DNA of 64,000 bases from Myxococcota bacterium. Lineage in GTDB: Bacteria > Myxococcota > UBA4151. A model generated the notes under the pieces. It searched no databases, had not been told where the DNA came from, and worked only from the letters and a program-made list of their open reading frames with translations. The translations under genes and the position numbers were made by a program. Position 1 is the first letter of the stretch; each line of letters opens with the position of its first letter. Positions 55,456-64,000 of this stretch are shown piece after piece. The stretch covers positions 320,001 through 384,000 of the forward strand of contig JAYZBQ010000048.1 in the NCBI GenBank assembly GCA_036338695.1. The letters run 5' to 3'.

Positions 55456-56403
55456 TTAGGCTTCAAAGCGGTCTTGTGGGGTGATGGAGAGCCCAGCGCG
55501 AACCTGCTGCCAGGTGAGGCGCTTTTTGCCGTCGAGTTGAAGGCGTAGCACATTGAGCGCACCGGTCTCGCAGGCGACCCAGAGTCCTTCGGTATCACAT
55601 CGTAAGATGGTGCCGGGAATTTCGGTATGTTCGAGCGCAAGGGGTTCAGCAGACCAGATCTTGAGACCGATCGCTTGTTGGGCTCGAAGGAGTCTGCACC
55701 GAAGACCCAATCGAGGGTCAAAGGCACGCGCTTTGCGCGCCCACACCTCGGCATGACCTAAGAAATTAATCTGTCCTTCGTGGCGCTGAATGCGGTGCGC
55801 ATAGACGGCCAAGTCGTTATCTTGCGGCGTTTCCGTCAGCTCGCCGCGTAGCGCCCCAGACAGATGGCTCGTCGTCAGCGCGGCTGCTTCGACAGCGAGC
55901 ACTTGCGCCAGGCTCTCAGCGTTGTGCCCAGCGGTCGCAACACGTCGCTCGCCGAGGACCGGTCCAGTATCAAGTCCTGCCTCCATCACCATCAGCTGAA
56001 CGCCGGTCTCGACGTCACCGGCCTCGAGACAGCGCTCGATGGGCGCCGCACCGCGCCAGCGCGGCAGCAACGAGCCGTGCAGATTGAGCCACCGATCCGG
56101 ACAGCGCTCGAGATGCGCCGCGGTGATGATTTGACCGTAGGCCATCACCAAGCAAGCGTCGGGCTCGAACTCGTCGAGCACGGCGTCACCTTGCTCGCCG
56201 CGAAACCTCGTAGGCGTCCGGACCTCAAGCCCGAGCTCGAGAGCAGCCTGGTGAGTAGCGCTCGGTTGCAGGCGCCGCCCGCGACCACGCCGAGAGGGGG
56301 GCTGCGAGACCACCGCGAGCAGCTCCACGCCATCGAGCGCATAACAGGCTCTGAGCGCAGGCACGGCGATCGGTGCGGTCCCAAGGAAGAGGAGGCGAGC
56401 CAT
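55456..56403 (-). CDS. fmt: Methionyl-tRNA formyltransferase
   Basis: FLGT, VVSQP, AYGQI, NLHGSLLPRWRGAAPI, M.AGLDTGP. Confidence 0.97.
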   Translation of the reverse strand: MARLLFLGTAPIAVPALRACYALDGVELLAVVSQPPSRRGRGRRLQPSATHQAALELGLEVRTPTRFRGEQGDAVLDEFEPDACLVMAYGQIITAAHLERCPDRWLNLHGSLLPRWRGAAPIERCLEAGDVETGVQLMVMEAGLDTGPVLGERRVATAGHNAESLAQVLAVEAAALTTSHLSGALRGELTETPQDNDLAVYAHRIQRHEGQINFLGHAEVWARKARAFDPRLGLRCRLLRAQQAIGLKIWSAEPLALEHTEIPGTILRCDTEGLWVACETGALNVLRLQLDGKKRLTWQQVRAGLSITPQDRFEA

Positions 56404-56408
56404 CGTTA

Positions 56409-56945
56409 TTAGGCGCTCTTGAGGGCTTTCATCGCCAGTCGAATGGCGCGTGCGCGCGCTCGGTCATGCATCCGGTCGGGGTAGACGATGCCGTCGAGGT
56501 GATCGATCTCGTGCTGGATGCAGACCGCCATCAGCTCGCTCGCTTCGAGGGTCATACGTTGCCCCTCGAGGTTAGTAAAATCAGCTTGAATAACGGCTGA
56601 GCGCTCGACGCCGCCGACCTCTTCTGGGACGCTCAGGCAGCCTTCTTCCCAGACGATGCTCCCCTCACGCGCAACGATTTCAGGGTTGATCATCACGTGG
56701 GGTCCGAGCGCAGGGTCGCGCATCTCGCCCTCCTCTTCCTCTCCGGGGAAGGGGTTGAGATCGACGACGATGAGGCGCTTGGTGACGCCCACCTGGTTCG
56801 CCGCAAGTCCGATCCCACGCGCAGCGACCATGGTCTCGAGCATGTCGTGCGCGAGCGTCTTGACCTCTTCGGTGATCTCATCGATCGGCTCCGACTGGGT
56901 CGCGAGGATGGGGTCTGGATAGATCAAGATCGTTCGGACAGCCAT
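56409..56945 (-). CDS. def: Peptide deformylase
   Basis: GIGLAANQ, EGCLS, QHEIDHLDG. Confidence 0.97.
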   Translation of the reverse strand: MAVRTILIYPDPILATQSEPIDEITEEVKTLAHDMLETMVAARGIGLAANQVGVTKRLIVVDLNPFPGEEEEGEMRDPALGPHVMINPEIVAREGSIVWEEGCLSVPEEVGGVERSAVIQADFTNLEGQRMTLEASELMAVCIQHEIDHLDGIVYPDRMHDRARARAIRLAMKALKSA

Positions 56946-59317
56946 CAGCGCTCCAATAACTTCGGGTTAGCGCTTCGGTATTGAGCCCGTAAATCTGGGT
57001 CAAGGAGAACATCACGCGCCTCTTCAAGCTCCTCATAGGCTTCGACAAACCGAGGGTGGTTGGCGTGGAGGTAGAGGCGCAACAGGCTCACGCGCGCAGC
57101 AAAGGCTCGGTGCACTTCGACTGCGCTGTGCACCTCGGGGAGCCCAAGGACGGTGAAGTAGTTGCCCGAACGGATCTGTCGCAGCGCTCGCTCAAAGCTT
57201 TGATCGGGACGGTGACTCTTTTGAATGACGGCGACACCGACCTGGCGCAGTTCCATCTGACCGAGAACGAGCGCGGCGAGGCAGCCGGCGCGCAGGTCCG
57301 AGATCGGTGTCCCCTGGCTCATCGCAAGCGTCGTCAGGGAGGAACTGCCATCAGCCAGGTGGAGCGCCGCGCGCCCCGGGATCAGCTCGGGTAGCGGCGT
57401 GGTGTGAAGGGCTGGGACCGCATCATCTCCACCGATGAGAGCGATCCATAAGGGACTCTCGGTCAGCGCCTCTGCTAGGGAGATGATGCGCGTGACGGTG
57501 TCGACTTGGCTCACAGCGACGGCTTGTTCTTGGTCCAACTCGGGGTGATATTCAGCGTATCCACCAGGTATCTGTGCGCAGCGCAGGAGGATCCGCTCAG
57601 CGGTCTCTTGAGCGAGCTTCTGAACAGCTTCGGTGCTCTGTATGCCCTCTCGAGCCAGCACGGACAGCGCGCTGGCATGGCGTCGCTGCATGAGGTGGCG
57701 CACGCCCGCAAGCTCCACCTCATCGAGCCAGCTTTTCGCAAGCGCTGCCTGGAGCACGTCATGATCAAGGTCGGCGCTGTTGATCGCCTTGAGTCGGCCC
57801 TCGTGCAGATGCATGACGATCGAGAGTTGCTCATGACGCCAGGTCACGCGCCCGCCGACGCGTTCGCGTCCGCAACGAGCCAATAAACCCAGCAGCCCGA
57901 GGGCGTCGAGCGCGCCGAGCGCGCTGATCGGGGCGCGTGGCTTGAGGGTTGGTGGCATCAGCTGCTGACCGATCCGGTTGAGGTTCGAGCGCCGAGCGGG
58001 TGACGGCTGGCTGGTGGTCCATGAATCGGCGGCTCCCCAACCGCCCGGATCAGCCGGTTGGTCTGGCTGAGCCGAGGGTTCCGGATGGCTGTCGCCCCAC
58101 CCTCCGTCATCGTCGCGCGCCGGGTTCCAGCCGCTTGCGTCATCCGTTCCCCAGCCGCCGCCATCGTCGGTGGGTCGGTCCCAAGCGTCAGGGCTCGGCG
58201 CGTCCGCTCCCGATCCATCGGTTTGCTCGACCGGCTCACCCCAGCTCACACCATCGGCTTCAGAGCCCCAATCAGCGCCCTCGGAGGGATCGGGTGTGCG
58301 GCTCTCGTCCGGTGTCCCCCAACCTTCATCGGCTCCTGAAGCACCCGAAGACCAGGCGGCTTCCGCTTCGGTTTCCGATAATTTTGGACCCTTTCGTGAC
58401 TCATTTTTGTTGGTCTCTTGAGGTTCTTTATCGGATTTTACGGACAGATCAGATGTTTCTTTCGGTTGTTTGAGTCCGAAAAGTGGCTCAGGCTCTGCGC
58501 CGACGATCGGGGCAACAGCCGTGCGTTCATCGGCGGGTGCGTCGGGCGTACTCGCCTCGATCGCTGAATCAGCTGCCGCTTCGAGAGAAGGATCGACGGG
58601 CGCTGTCTGTGCTGGCTCATCGACGCTCGGTTCGATGTCTTCGCTCGTGGTGCGGTCGTCGGTGTCTTCACCTACGTGCTCATCGGGTGCGCCGACGTCG
58701 TGAGGGGCTCCCTCAAGCACAGGAAAATCAGGCCCTGAGACCACGGGCTCGTCTTGGGGCGCGGCGGCCTCATCGGCTGCGCGTGCATCGCTCAAGGACG
58801 CTGGCTCGTCTTCAGCTGGCTCGATGGGCTCGACCTCGAAGGGCTCGTCGACCTCCGCTGTCTGCTCAAGCGGCTCGTCTTGAGGCTGTGAGGAGACGGT
58901 TTGATCGAGGGAGGGGCGTGCTTCGTGCGCACCGCGACTGAGCGGCAGCAGGCGCTCGGGCTCATCCGGCGCTGCTAGGTTGAGGAAGCGGCGCAGGTGA
59001 TCCCACAGGTCTGCGACGATGAGCGGCGCGTTGAGGTAGTGATCGGCGCCGAGCGCAAGCGCTTGCGCTGAGCTCTCAAGGCCGCCGACTAACGTCACGG
59101 GTAAGAGATCGTTCCCCCCGAGTCGCCTGAGCTCGCCGATCCATTGCACCAGAACCTCTTCAGCGACGACCCCCGCGATGAGCACGGCCTGCGGCGCCGC
59201 TCCTTCGGTAGGGACGGACGCAAAGGTCGCGACGCTCGGACCCAGAAGATCAACGGCGTTGCGGAGCGCTTGAGCGCTGGTTGGGTCGGGATCGATGATC
59301 CACAGCGACTCGCTCAT
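56945..59317 (-). CDS. Pseudo-receiver / disordered linker / DUF4388-like / degenerate DnaJ-domain protein
   Basis: N-terminal receiver-like fold (IIDPD, LGADHYL) lacking the phospho-Asp; acidic Pro-rich linker; YFTVLGL...EARDVLLDP.LR..Y J-like end without HPD. Confidence 0.75.
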   Translation of the reverse strand: MSESLWIIDPDPTSAQALRNAVDLLGPSVATFASVPTEGAAPQAVLIAGVVAEEVLVQWIGELRRLGGNDLLPVTLVGGLESSAQALALGADHYLNAPLIVADLWDHLRRFLNLAAPDEPERLLPLSRGAHEARPSLDQTVSSQPQDEPLEQTAEVDEPFEVEPIEPAEDEPASLSDARAADEAAAPQDEPVVSGPDFPVLEGAPHDVGAPDEHVGEDTDDRTTSEDIEPSVDEPAQTAPVDPSLEAAADSAIEASTPDAPADERTAVAPIVGAEPEPLFGLKQPKETSDLSVKSDKEPQETNKNESRKGPKLSETEAEAAWSSGASGADEGWGTPDESRTPDPSEGADWGSEADGVSWGEPVEQTDGSGADAPSPDAWDRPTDDGGGWGTDDASGWNPARDDDGGWGDSHPEPSAQPDQPADPGGWGAADSWTTSQPSPARRSNLNRIGQQLMPPTLKPRAPISALGALDALGLLGLLARCGRERVGGRVTWRHEQLSIVMHLHEGRLKAINSADLDHDVLQAALAKSWLDEVELAGVRHLMQRRHASALSVLAREGIQSTEAVQKLAQETAERILLRCAQIPGGYAEYHPELDQEQAVAVSQVDTVTRIISLAEALTESPLWIALIGGDDAVPALHTTPLPELIPGRAALHLADGSSSLTTLAMSQGTPISDLRAGCLAALVLGQMELRQVGVAVIQKSHRPDQSFERALRQIRSGNYFTVLGLPEVHSAVEVHRAFAARVSLLRLYLHANHPRFVEAYEELEEARDVLLDPDLRAQYRSANPKLLER

Positions 59318-61663
59318 CTAGATTAGCTCCGAGGGGTCCACGTCAATTGCGATCCGTACGCCCGCACGACGACCTTCATCGTGAGCGGGTGCGATCTCAT
59401 CAAGCCAGGCTTGCAAGGATCCTGCCGTTTTGCTCGTGACCATCACCTGAAACCGGTAGCGACCGCGTAAGCGCTCGATGGCGGCGGGGATCGGTCCAAA
59501 AACCTCGACCGGGTGATCGAAGCTCGAGGCGATCGAGCGTGCGCAGCGCTCGGCCATCTCGGCGTCTTCATGCTCAAAACGGATCATCACGGCGCGCTGA
59601 AACGGAGGCAGCCCAAGGGCGCGCCGGCGCTCCAGCTCTTCGCCCAAGAACCCGGGCGCATCGTGCGTCATGGCGTACTGTATCGCTGGATGGTTTGGGT
59701 CGAAGGTCTGGAAGAAGACTCGCCCCGGTGACTCCGCCCTACCGGCTCGCCCCGCGACTTGAGTCAGCAGCGCAAAACTCCGCTCGGCGCACCGTGGGTC
59801 GGGGATGCGAAGACCTTGATCAGCGCAGATGACGCCGACTAACGTCACCCCAGGGAGATCGTGCCCTTTCGCAAGCATCTGTGTGCCGACGACCACGTCA
59901 ACGTCCCCGTCGGCGACGGCGCCGAGAATGCGCTCAAGACCTTTGGCGCTGCGCGCCGTGTCGCTGTCGAGTCGGGCGATGCGCGCGTCGGGGAAGCGGG
60001 CGCGACAAGCCTCTTCGAGTTGTTGCGTCCCGACGCCTAGGTCATCGAGCGCAGGAGAGCCGCAGTCCGGACAATTTTTAGGCACGGGTTTGATGATCCC
60101 GCACCAGTGACAGATCGCTTGATTTTGGTGGTGAATGACCATCGGAACCGAGCATTCGTCACAGTGATAACGATGACCACAGTCCAGGCAGAGCAGCGTG
60201 GGCGCCCAGCCTCTGCGGTTGAGCAGCAAGATGGCTTGCTCCTTGCGCGCCAGCGTCTCATCGATCGCTTGGCACAGCTCCGCAGACAACGGGTACTCGG
60301 AGCGCCCGCGTAGGTCGATGAGCTGAACCTCGGGTAAGGAGGCGCCCGTGGCGCGTTCATCGAGTCGATGGAGGTGGGTTTGATGGTCCCCTGTCAAGGC
60401 GCGATGATAGGTCTCGAGGCTGGGTGTGGCGGAGCCGAGCATCACCGGCACATCGGCTTGTTTGGCGCGATAGATGACGAGGTCACGGCCGTGATAGCGG
60501 AACCGATCGGACTGTTTGTAGCTGCCATCATGCTCTTCATCGACCACGACGAGCCCGAGCCGCGGCAGGGAGGCGAAGACGGCTGAGCGGGCGCCGATCA
60601 CGACGCCTGCCTGACCCCGCTTGGCGCGATGCCATGCGCTTCGCCGTGCCCGATCACTGAGCGCCGAGTGCAGCACAGCGATCTGGTCACCAAAGCGCGC
60701 CGCAAAACGGCGCACCATCTGCGGCGTCAGCGCAATCTCAGGGACGAGGACGAGGGCTTGTTGTCCGCGCGCAAGCACGCGCGCGATCGCCTGGAGATAG
60801 ACCTCTGTTTTTCCTGAGCCGGTGATGCCGAAGATGAGATGCTGCTCAAAACCTGAGGCCTCACCGATCGCATCGACGGCGCGTCGTTGTTGTGGGTTGA
60901 GCGTTGGCGCCTCGTCGCGCGGCGTCAGGCTCTGATCAACCCACGCACGCCAGCTGATCTCAATCGCCTCCTTATCGACCAGCGCACGCAGCAGTCGCCG
61001 CATCCCCTGCCGCCTCGTCAGCGCGCTTAGGGGCTGCCAGCCGCCCAGCAGATAGAGTTCTTCGAGCAGCTGCCGCTGCGCCTTAGCTCGCTTGGGAAAG
61101 TCGTCCGGGTGACGCTGAGCGCGTACCCACTCAACCTGCGGCTCAGGTTTCGGCGGCGCGAGCTCGGTCTGCGCCGTCACCGCGCCGCTCTTGATGAGCC
61201 GAGCTAAGGCTTGATCATCGAGTGATGAGGCTGCGACCGAGGCTTCATTGTCGAATTCTGGCTCGAGGTAGAAGAACTCGAGCGGTAAGGGGTGGTCGGG
61301 GTTGCGCACCAGGGTCTTGATGGTGCCGACGTTCAAGCCCGCCGGCAGCGCCGCCTTGAGGACGTCTGCAGGTTCGCTGCGATACCAGCGCATCGCGAAG
61401 CGTAAGGTTTTAACGAGTGAGGCGTCGAGTACAGGCTCTTGATCGAGGACCTCAAGGATGGGGCGAAGCGAGTCTGCGTCGCCGCATGACTGGGTCCGCA
61501 TCACCATACCGGTGGTCCGGCTTGAGCCCAAGGGAACGAGCACGCGCATGCCCGCTGCGACGCCCAGATCAGACGGCGCGCTGTACGAGAGCAGCCGACC
61601 GACTGGGCGGGCGACCGCCACGTCGAGTCGGATTCGCTCTAGAGGGGCGGGCGACTTGGTCAG
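59318..61663 (-). CDS. priA: Primosomal protein N'
   Basis: GITGSGKTEVY, LVPEIALTPQ, DEEHD.SYKQ, GSATPSLE, LNRRG, Zn fingers, GTQMLAKG, QVAGRAGR, IDVDP; start CTG 61663 (proposed) or GTG 61621. Confidence 0.95.
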   Translation of the reverse strand: MTKSPAPLERIRLDVAVARPVGRLLSYSAPSDLGVAAGMRVLVPLGSSRTTGMVMRTQSCGDADSLRPILEVLDQEPVLDASLVKTLRFAMRWYRSEPADVLKAALPAGLNVGTIKTLVRNPDHPLPLEFFYLEPEFDNEASVAASSLDDQALARLIKSGAVTAQTELAPPKPEPQVEWVRAQRHPDDFPKRAKAQRQLLEELYLLGGWQPLSALTRRQGMRRLLRALVDKEAIEISWRAWVDQSLTPRDEAPTLNPQQRRAVDAIGEASGFEQHLIFGITGSGKTEVYLQAIARVLARGQQALVLVPEIALTPQMVRRFAARFGDQIAVLHSALSDRARRSAWHRAKRGQAGVVIGARSAVFASLPRLGLVVVDEEHDGSYKQSDRFRYHGRDLVIYRAKQADVPVMLGSATPSLETYHRALTGDHQTHLHRLDERATGASLPEVQLIDLRGRSEYPLSAELCQAIDETLARKEQAILLLNRRGWAPTLLCLDCGHRYHCDECSVPMVIHHQNQAICHWCGIIKPVPKNCPDCGSPALDDLGVGTQQLEEACRARFPDARIARLDSDTARSAKGLERILGAVADGDVDVVVGTQMLAKGHDLPGVTLVGVICADQGLRIPDPRCAERSFALLTQVAGRAGRAESPGRVFFQTFDPNHPAIQYAMTHDAPGFLGEELERRRALGLPPFQRAVMIRFEHEDAEMAERCARSIASSFDHPVEVFGPIPAAIERLRGRYRFQVMVTSKTAGSLQAWLDEIAPAHDEGRRAGVRIAIDVDPSELI

Positions 61664-62526
61664 ACTGATCGCTCCAGCTCAGTGCGCGCGCGTGCCGCAA
61701 ACTGCGCGCTGCCGTGGTCGAGAGCACAGCGGAGGCTAGCGATCAAAAGGCCCTCTGGATCGCCGGCGTCAAAGCGACCGGCTTGAGGGATTAGACCCAT
61801 CATGCCGTGCCGACCGGCGAGCCCTTGGAGCGCATCGGTCAGCTGGATCTCACCGAGCGCGCCGGCACCTTGGTTTCGCAACAGGTCGAACACCTCGATG
61901 GGCAGCACGTAGCGCCCGGTGATCGCAAAAGAACTGGGTGCGTCGGCGGGGTCGGGTTTCTCTACGAGGCGATCGATCATCATGGACCCGTTCGACCAGT
62001 GACCGCCGACCATCCCATACTTTCGGCTCTGCTCGATCGGCACCTCGAGCAGCCCGATGACCCCCTTCTTAGGAGCTTGATCGCTGAGCTGAATCAGCTC
62101 GCCGAGCGCAGGCGTTGAGCCGAGGTAGAGATCGTCCGGCAGGAGCACCGCCACCCGATCACCGCTGACGCCGACGGCGCCACAAAGGACGGCGTGTCCA
62201 AGCCCGCGCGGGTCTCCTTGACGCACCTCGATGAATTCCGCCGCCTGGGCGCGTCGAACGATCGCCTCGGCTTGCTCGGTTTTTCCGCTGGCCTGCAGGA
62301 TCGCCTCGAGCTGCGCATGGCGATCAAAGTGATCCATCAACCCTGACTTTCCACGCCCACTCACCAGCACGATGCGCTCGATCCCTGAGGCGATCGCTTC
62401 CGCAACGACCCACTCGATACTCGGGCGATCGAACACCGGCAGGAGTTCTTTGGGGACCGAGAAGGACGCTGAGAGCATGCGCGTCCCCCACCCTGCGGCA
62501 GGAATAATCGCTGTGGTAACAGTCAT
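61660..62526 (-). CDS. galU: UTP--glucose-1-phosphate uridylyltransferase
   Basis: IIPAAGWGTRML....VPKELLP, RQ..P.GLGHAV, LPDD, EKP, GEIQLTDA. Confidence 0.93.
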   Translation of the reverse strand: MTVTTAIIPAAGWGTRMLSASFSVPKELLPVFDRPSIEWVVAEAIASGIERIVLVSGRGKSGLMDHFDRHAQLEAILQASGKTEQAEAIVRRAQAAEFIEVRQGDPRGLGHAVLCGAVGVSGDRVAVLLPDDLYLGSTPALGELIQLSDQAPKKGVIGLLEVPIEQSRKYGMVGGHWSNGSMMIDRLVEKPDPADAPSSFAITGRYVLPIEVFDLLRNQGAGALGEIQLTDALQGLAGRHGMMGLIPQAGRFDAGDPEGLLIASLRCALDHGSAQFAARARTELERSV

Positions 62527-62576
62527 GGACTTGACGCCTTTGAGTTCGCTGGTGATGGCTAAGGAGGAGACACTAC

Positions 62577-63338
62577 GTGCCCCTTTATGGATTCTTGATC
62601 GCTGCGGCAACGGCTTCCGGGTTTCCCTTTGCGGGCGGCGGGAGTTTGATGGGGGCGCAATACCCTGCCGCACACGCACACCCCGGCGCCGTCGTCTGGG
62701 CGCCTCGCTACGTGCTCGTCTCCAGTTTTAATCGCCGCTGGCCTAGCCCCGAGATTCACATCGAGACCACAGCGCTCGATCCTGGGCGGGGGGCGCTGGC
62801 TGCGAGCGTTGGCGCCCGTTATCACTATGAAGGCACCGAGCAGCACTTGGTCGGCGGTGCGCTCGACCTAGGTCTTCGCCTCGGCGGTGGTCTCAGCCTG
62901 GGCGTCGCTGGAGCCTATGAGCCAGACGTCGACTGGACCGATACCCTCCGGGTGGGTCTGAGCTACGGGACGTGGCTGCGTCGTACGCAGGCTGGGCTCG
63001 AGCCGGCGGTCATCGCTTCGGTCGATTGGGACCCGGCTCAAGGGGGCAATGGGCGCTGGCGAACCGGTCTGCTGGTGACGCCGATCGATGGCCTGAAAGC
63101 AGCATGGGATCACCGCTTCGACGGCAGTAATTTGTATGCGCTCGCCTACCGGATCGGGCGCGTTGAGCTGCAAACCAGCGGCGGTTTTCTCGGCGATTAT
63201 TCCCTTGATCATTATGGCGTCGGTGTTCGTTTTTATGATCGGGAGGGCTGGCTTGGCGCCAGCTGGTCGACGCAGAATTTGGTGCGGCACATCGCCCTTG
63301 AAGTGACGATTCCCATCGGTGCAAATCTTTCCCGCTAG
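62577..63338 (+). CDS. Hypothetical secreted beta-rich (probable barrel) protein
   Basis: TAAGGAGG RBS before GTG; signal-like N-terminus; alternating beta-strand pattern. Confidence 0.6.
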   Translation: MPLYGFLIAAATASGFPFAGGGSLMGAQYPAAHAHPGAVVWAPRYVLVSSFNRRWPSPEIHIETTALDPGRGALAASVGARYHYEGTEQHLVGGALDLGLRLGGGLSLGVAGAYEPDVDWTDTLRVGLSYGTWLRRTQAGLEPAVIASVDWDPAQGGNGRWRTGLLVTPIDGLKAAWDHRFDGSNLYALAYRIGRVELQTSGGFLGDYSLDHYGVGVRFYDREGWLGASWSTQNLVRHIALEVTIPIGANLSR

Positions 63339-64000
63339 GCTTGAAAAGATCCGTCGTCCGGACGAGTCGATCGTGCATCTTGTGTTCCGTGGGGCGCAAG
63401 CTAAGCGGCACCTCACGTTTGTCCTTGCGCCCCCGATGACCGGTGTTTTTATGACGGCCGATGCGCCGCTATCGGGCGCAACGCCCCACCCCTCACAAGC
63501 CATGCTTCGGCGCGTAGACGCCTCGCAGTGTTTGGGCGTGCGGCGCGCGCCTGGTCTGTGGGAGCTGGTCTTTGCGAGCGGTCAGGTCCTCAACATCAGC
63601 TTTCGCCGCAAGGCGCGCGGCGTCTGGTGGGCTGACGCGCCACGGCTCGCCGGTGAGCTTGAGCTCAGCGCAGGGTCCATGGAGCCGGTCACCTGGCGCC
63701 AACTCGAGGCGCAGCGGCTCGCTGCGTGGGCCAGCCAGTGGCGTCACAAGGAGCGGCTTCGGATCGAGCGTCAGCGCGCAAAATTGCTCGCCGCTCAAAG
63801 GGGTGAGAGCCCGGATCGCTTAAGGGATCTCGGGGCGCGTGCGAACGCCTTGCGGCATGCGGTTCGGCGTGACGAGAAGCGTTGGTTGATCCCGAGCTAC
63901 GACGGCAGCTCATCGGATGCGATCGAGGACGCCCAGGCGAGCGGTGTCTCCGAGCTTGTCGATCGTCTGTTTCATCGCGCACAGCGCGCTGAGCGCAGGC
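63319..64000 (+). CDS. Partial (3'-truncated) RqcH/NFACT (FbpA)-family ribosome quality-control protein
   Basis: Not in the ORF track because it is open at the window end. My translation from GTG 63319: MQIFPARLEKIRRPDESIVHLVFR...PHPSQAMLRR...coiled coil...VDRLFHRAQRAERR, resembling the NFACT-N and coiled-coil parts. Confidence 0.65.
   Translation, partial: MQIFPARLEKIRRPDESIVHLVFRGAQAKRHLTFVLAPPMTGVFMTADAPLSGATPHPSQAMLRRVDASQCLGVRRAPGLWELVFASGQVLNISFRRKARGVWWADAPRLAGELELSAGSMEPVTWRQLEAQRLAAWASQWRHKERLRIERQRAKLLAAQRGESPDRLRDLGARANALRHAVRRDEKRWLIPSYDGSSSDAIEDAQASGVSELVDRLFHRAQRAERR

Noticed and set aside
1..64000. CRISPR arrays, IS elements, prophage or defence genes
   Set aside because: No spaced direct repeats, transposase, integrase or phage structural motifs seen

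Overview
This is a GC-rich, densely coding bacterial chromosome segment, most likely from Myxococcota. The evidence is a MYXO-CTERM-like protease tail, a receiver/J-domain hybrid, a Gld-like ABC + DUF4340 cluster and many lipoproteins. Housekeeping genes dominate: pepP, mnmG, mnmE, trxB, tcdA, tatD, folE-like, holB, rlmB, pyrF, recF, ligA, dnaN, ileS, lgt, fmt, def, priA, galU and a partial RqcH/NFACT gene. I saw no CRISPR array, rRNA, tRNA or transposase. Highlights: (1) A cobalamin riboswitch leads a four-gene operon resembling the Bacteroides surface B12-capture system (BtuH-like, BtuB-like, BtuG-like), headed by an unrecognised tandem-domain lipoprotein. (2) A probable replication origin lies just upstream of dnaN (AT-rich, degenerate DnaA-box pair, apparent GC-skew flip), with no dnaA in the window. 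(3) A homologue of the oomycete GP42 transglutaminase elicitor has Asp in place of the catalytic His. (4) Other unusual proteins include a giant metalloprotease lipoprotein paired with a beta-barrel, a degenerate UshA-like CxC/tetraheme fusion, and a pseudo-receiver with a Trp-Gly-repeat disordered linker. All family assignments come from reading motifs by eye; no database searches were run.
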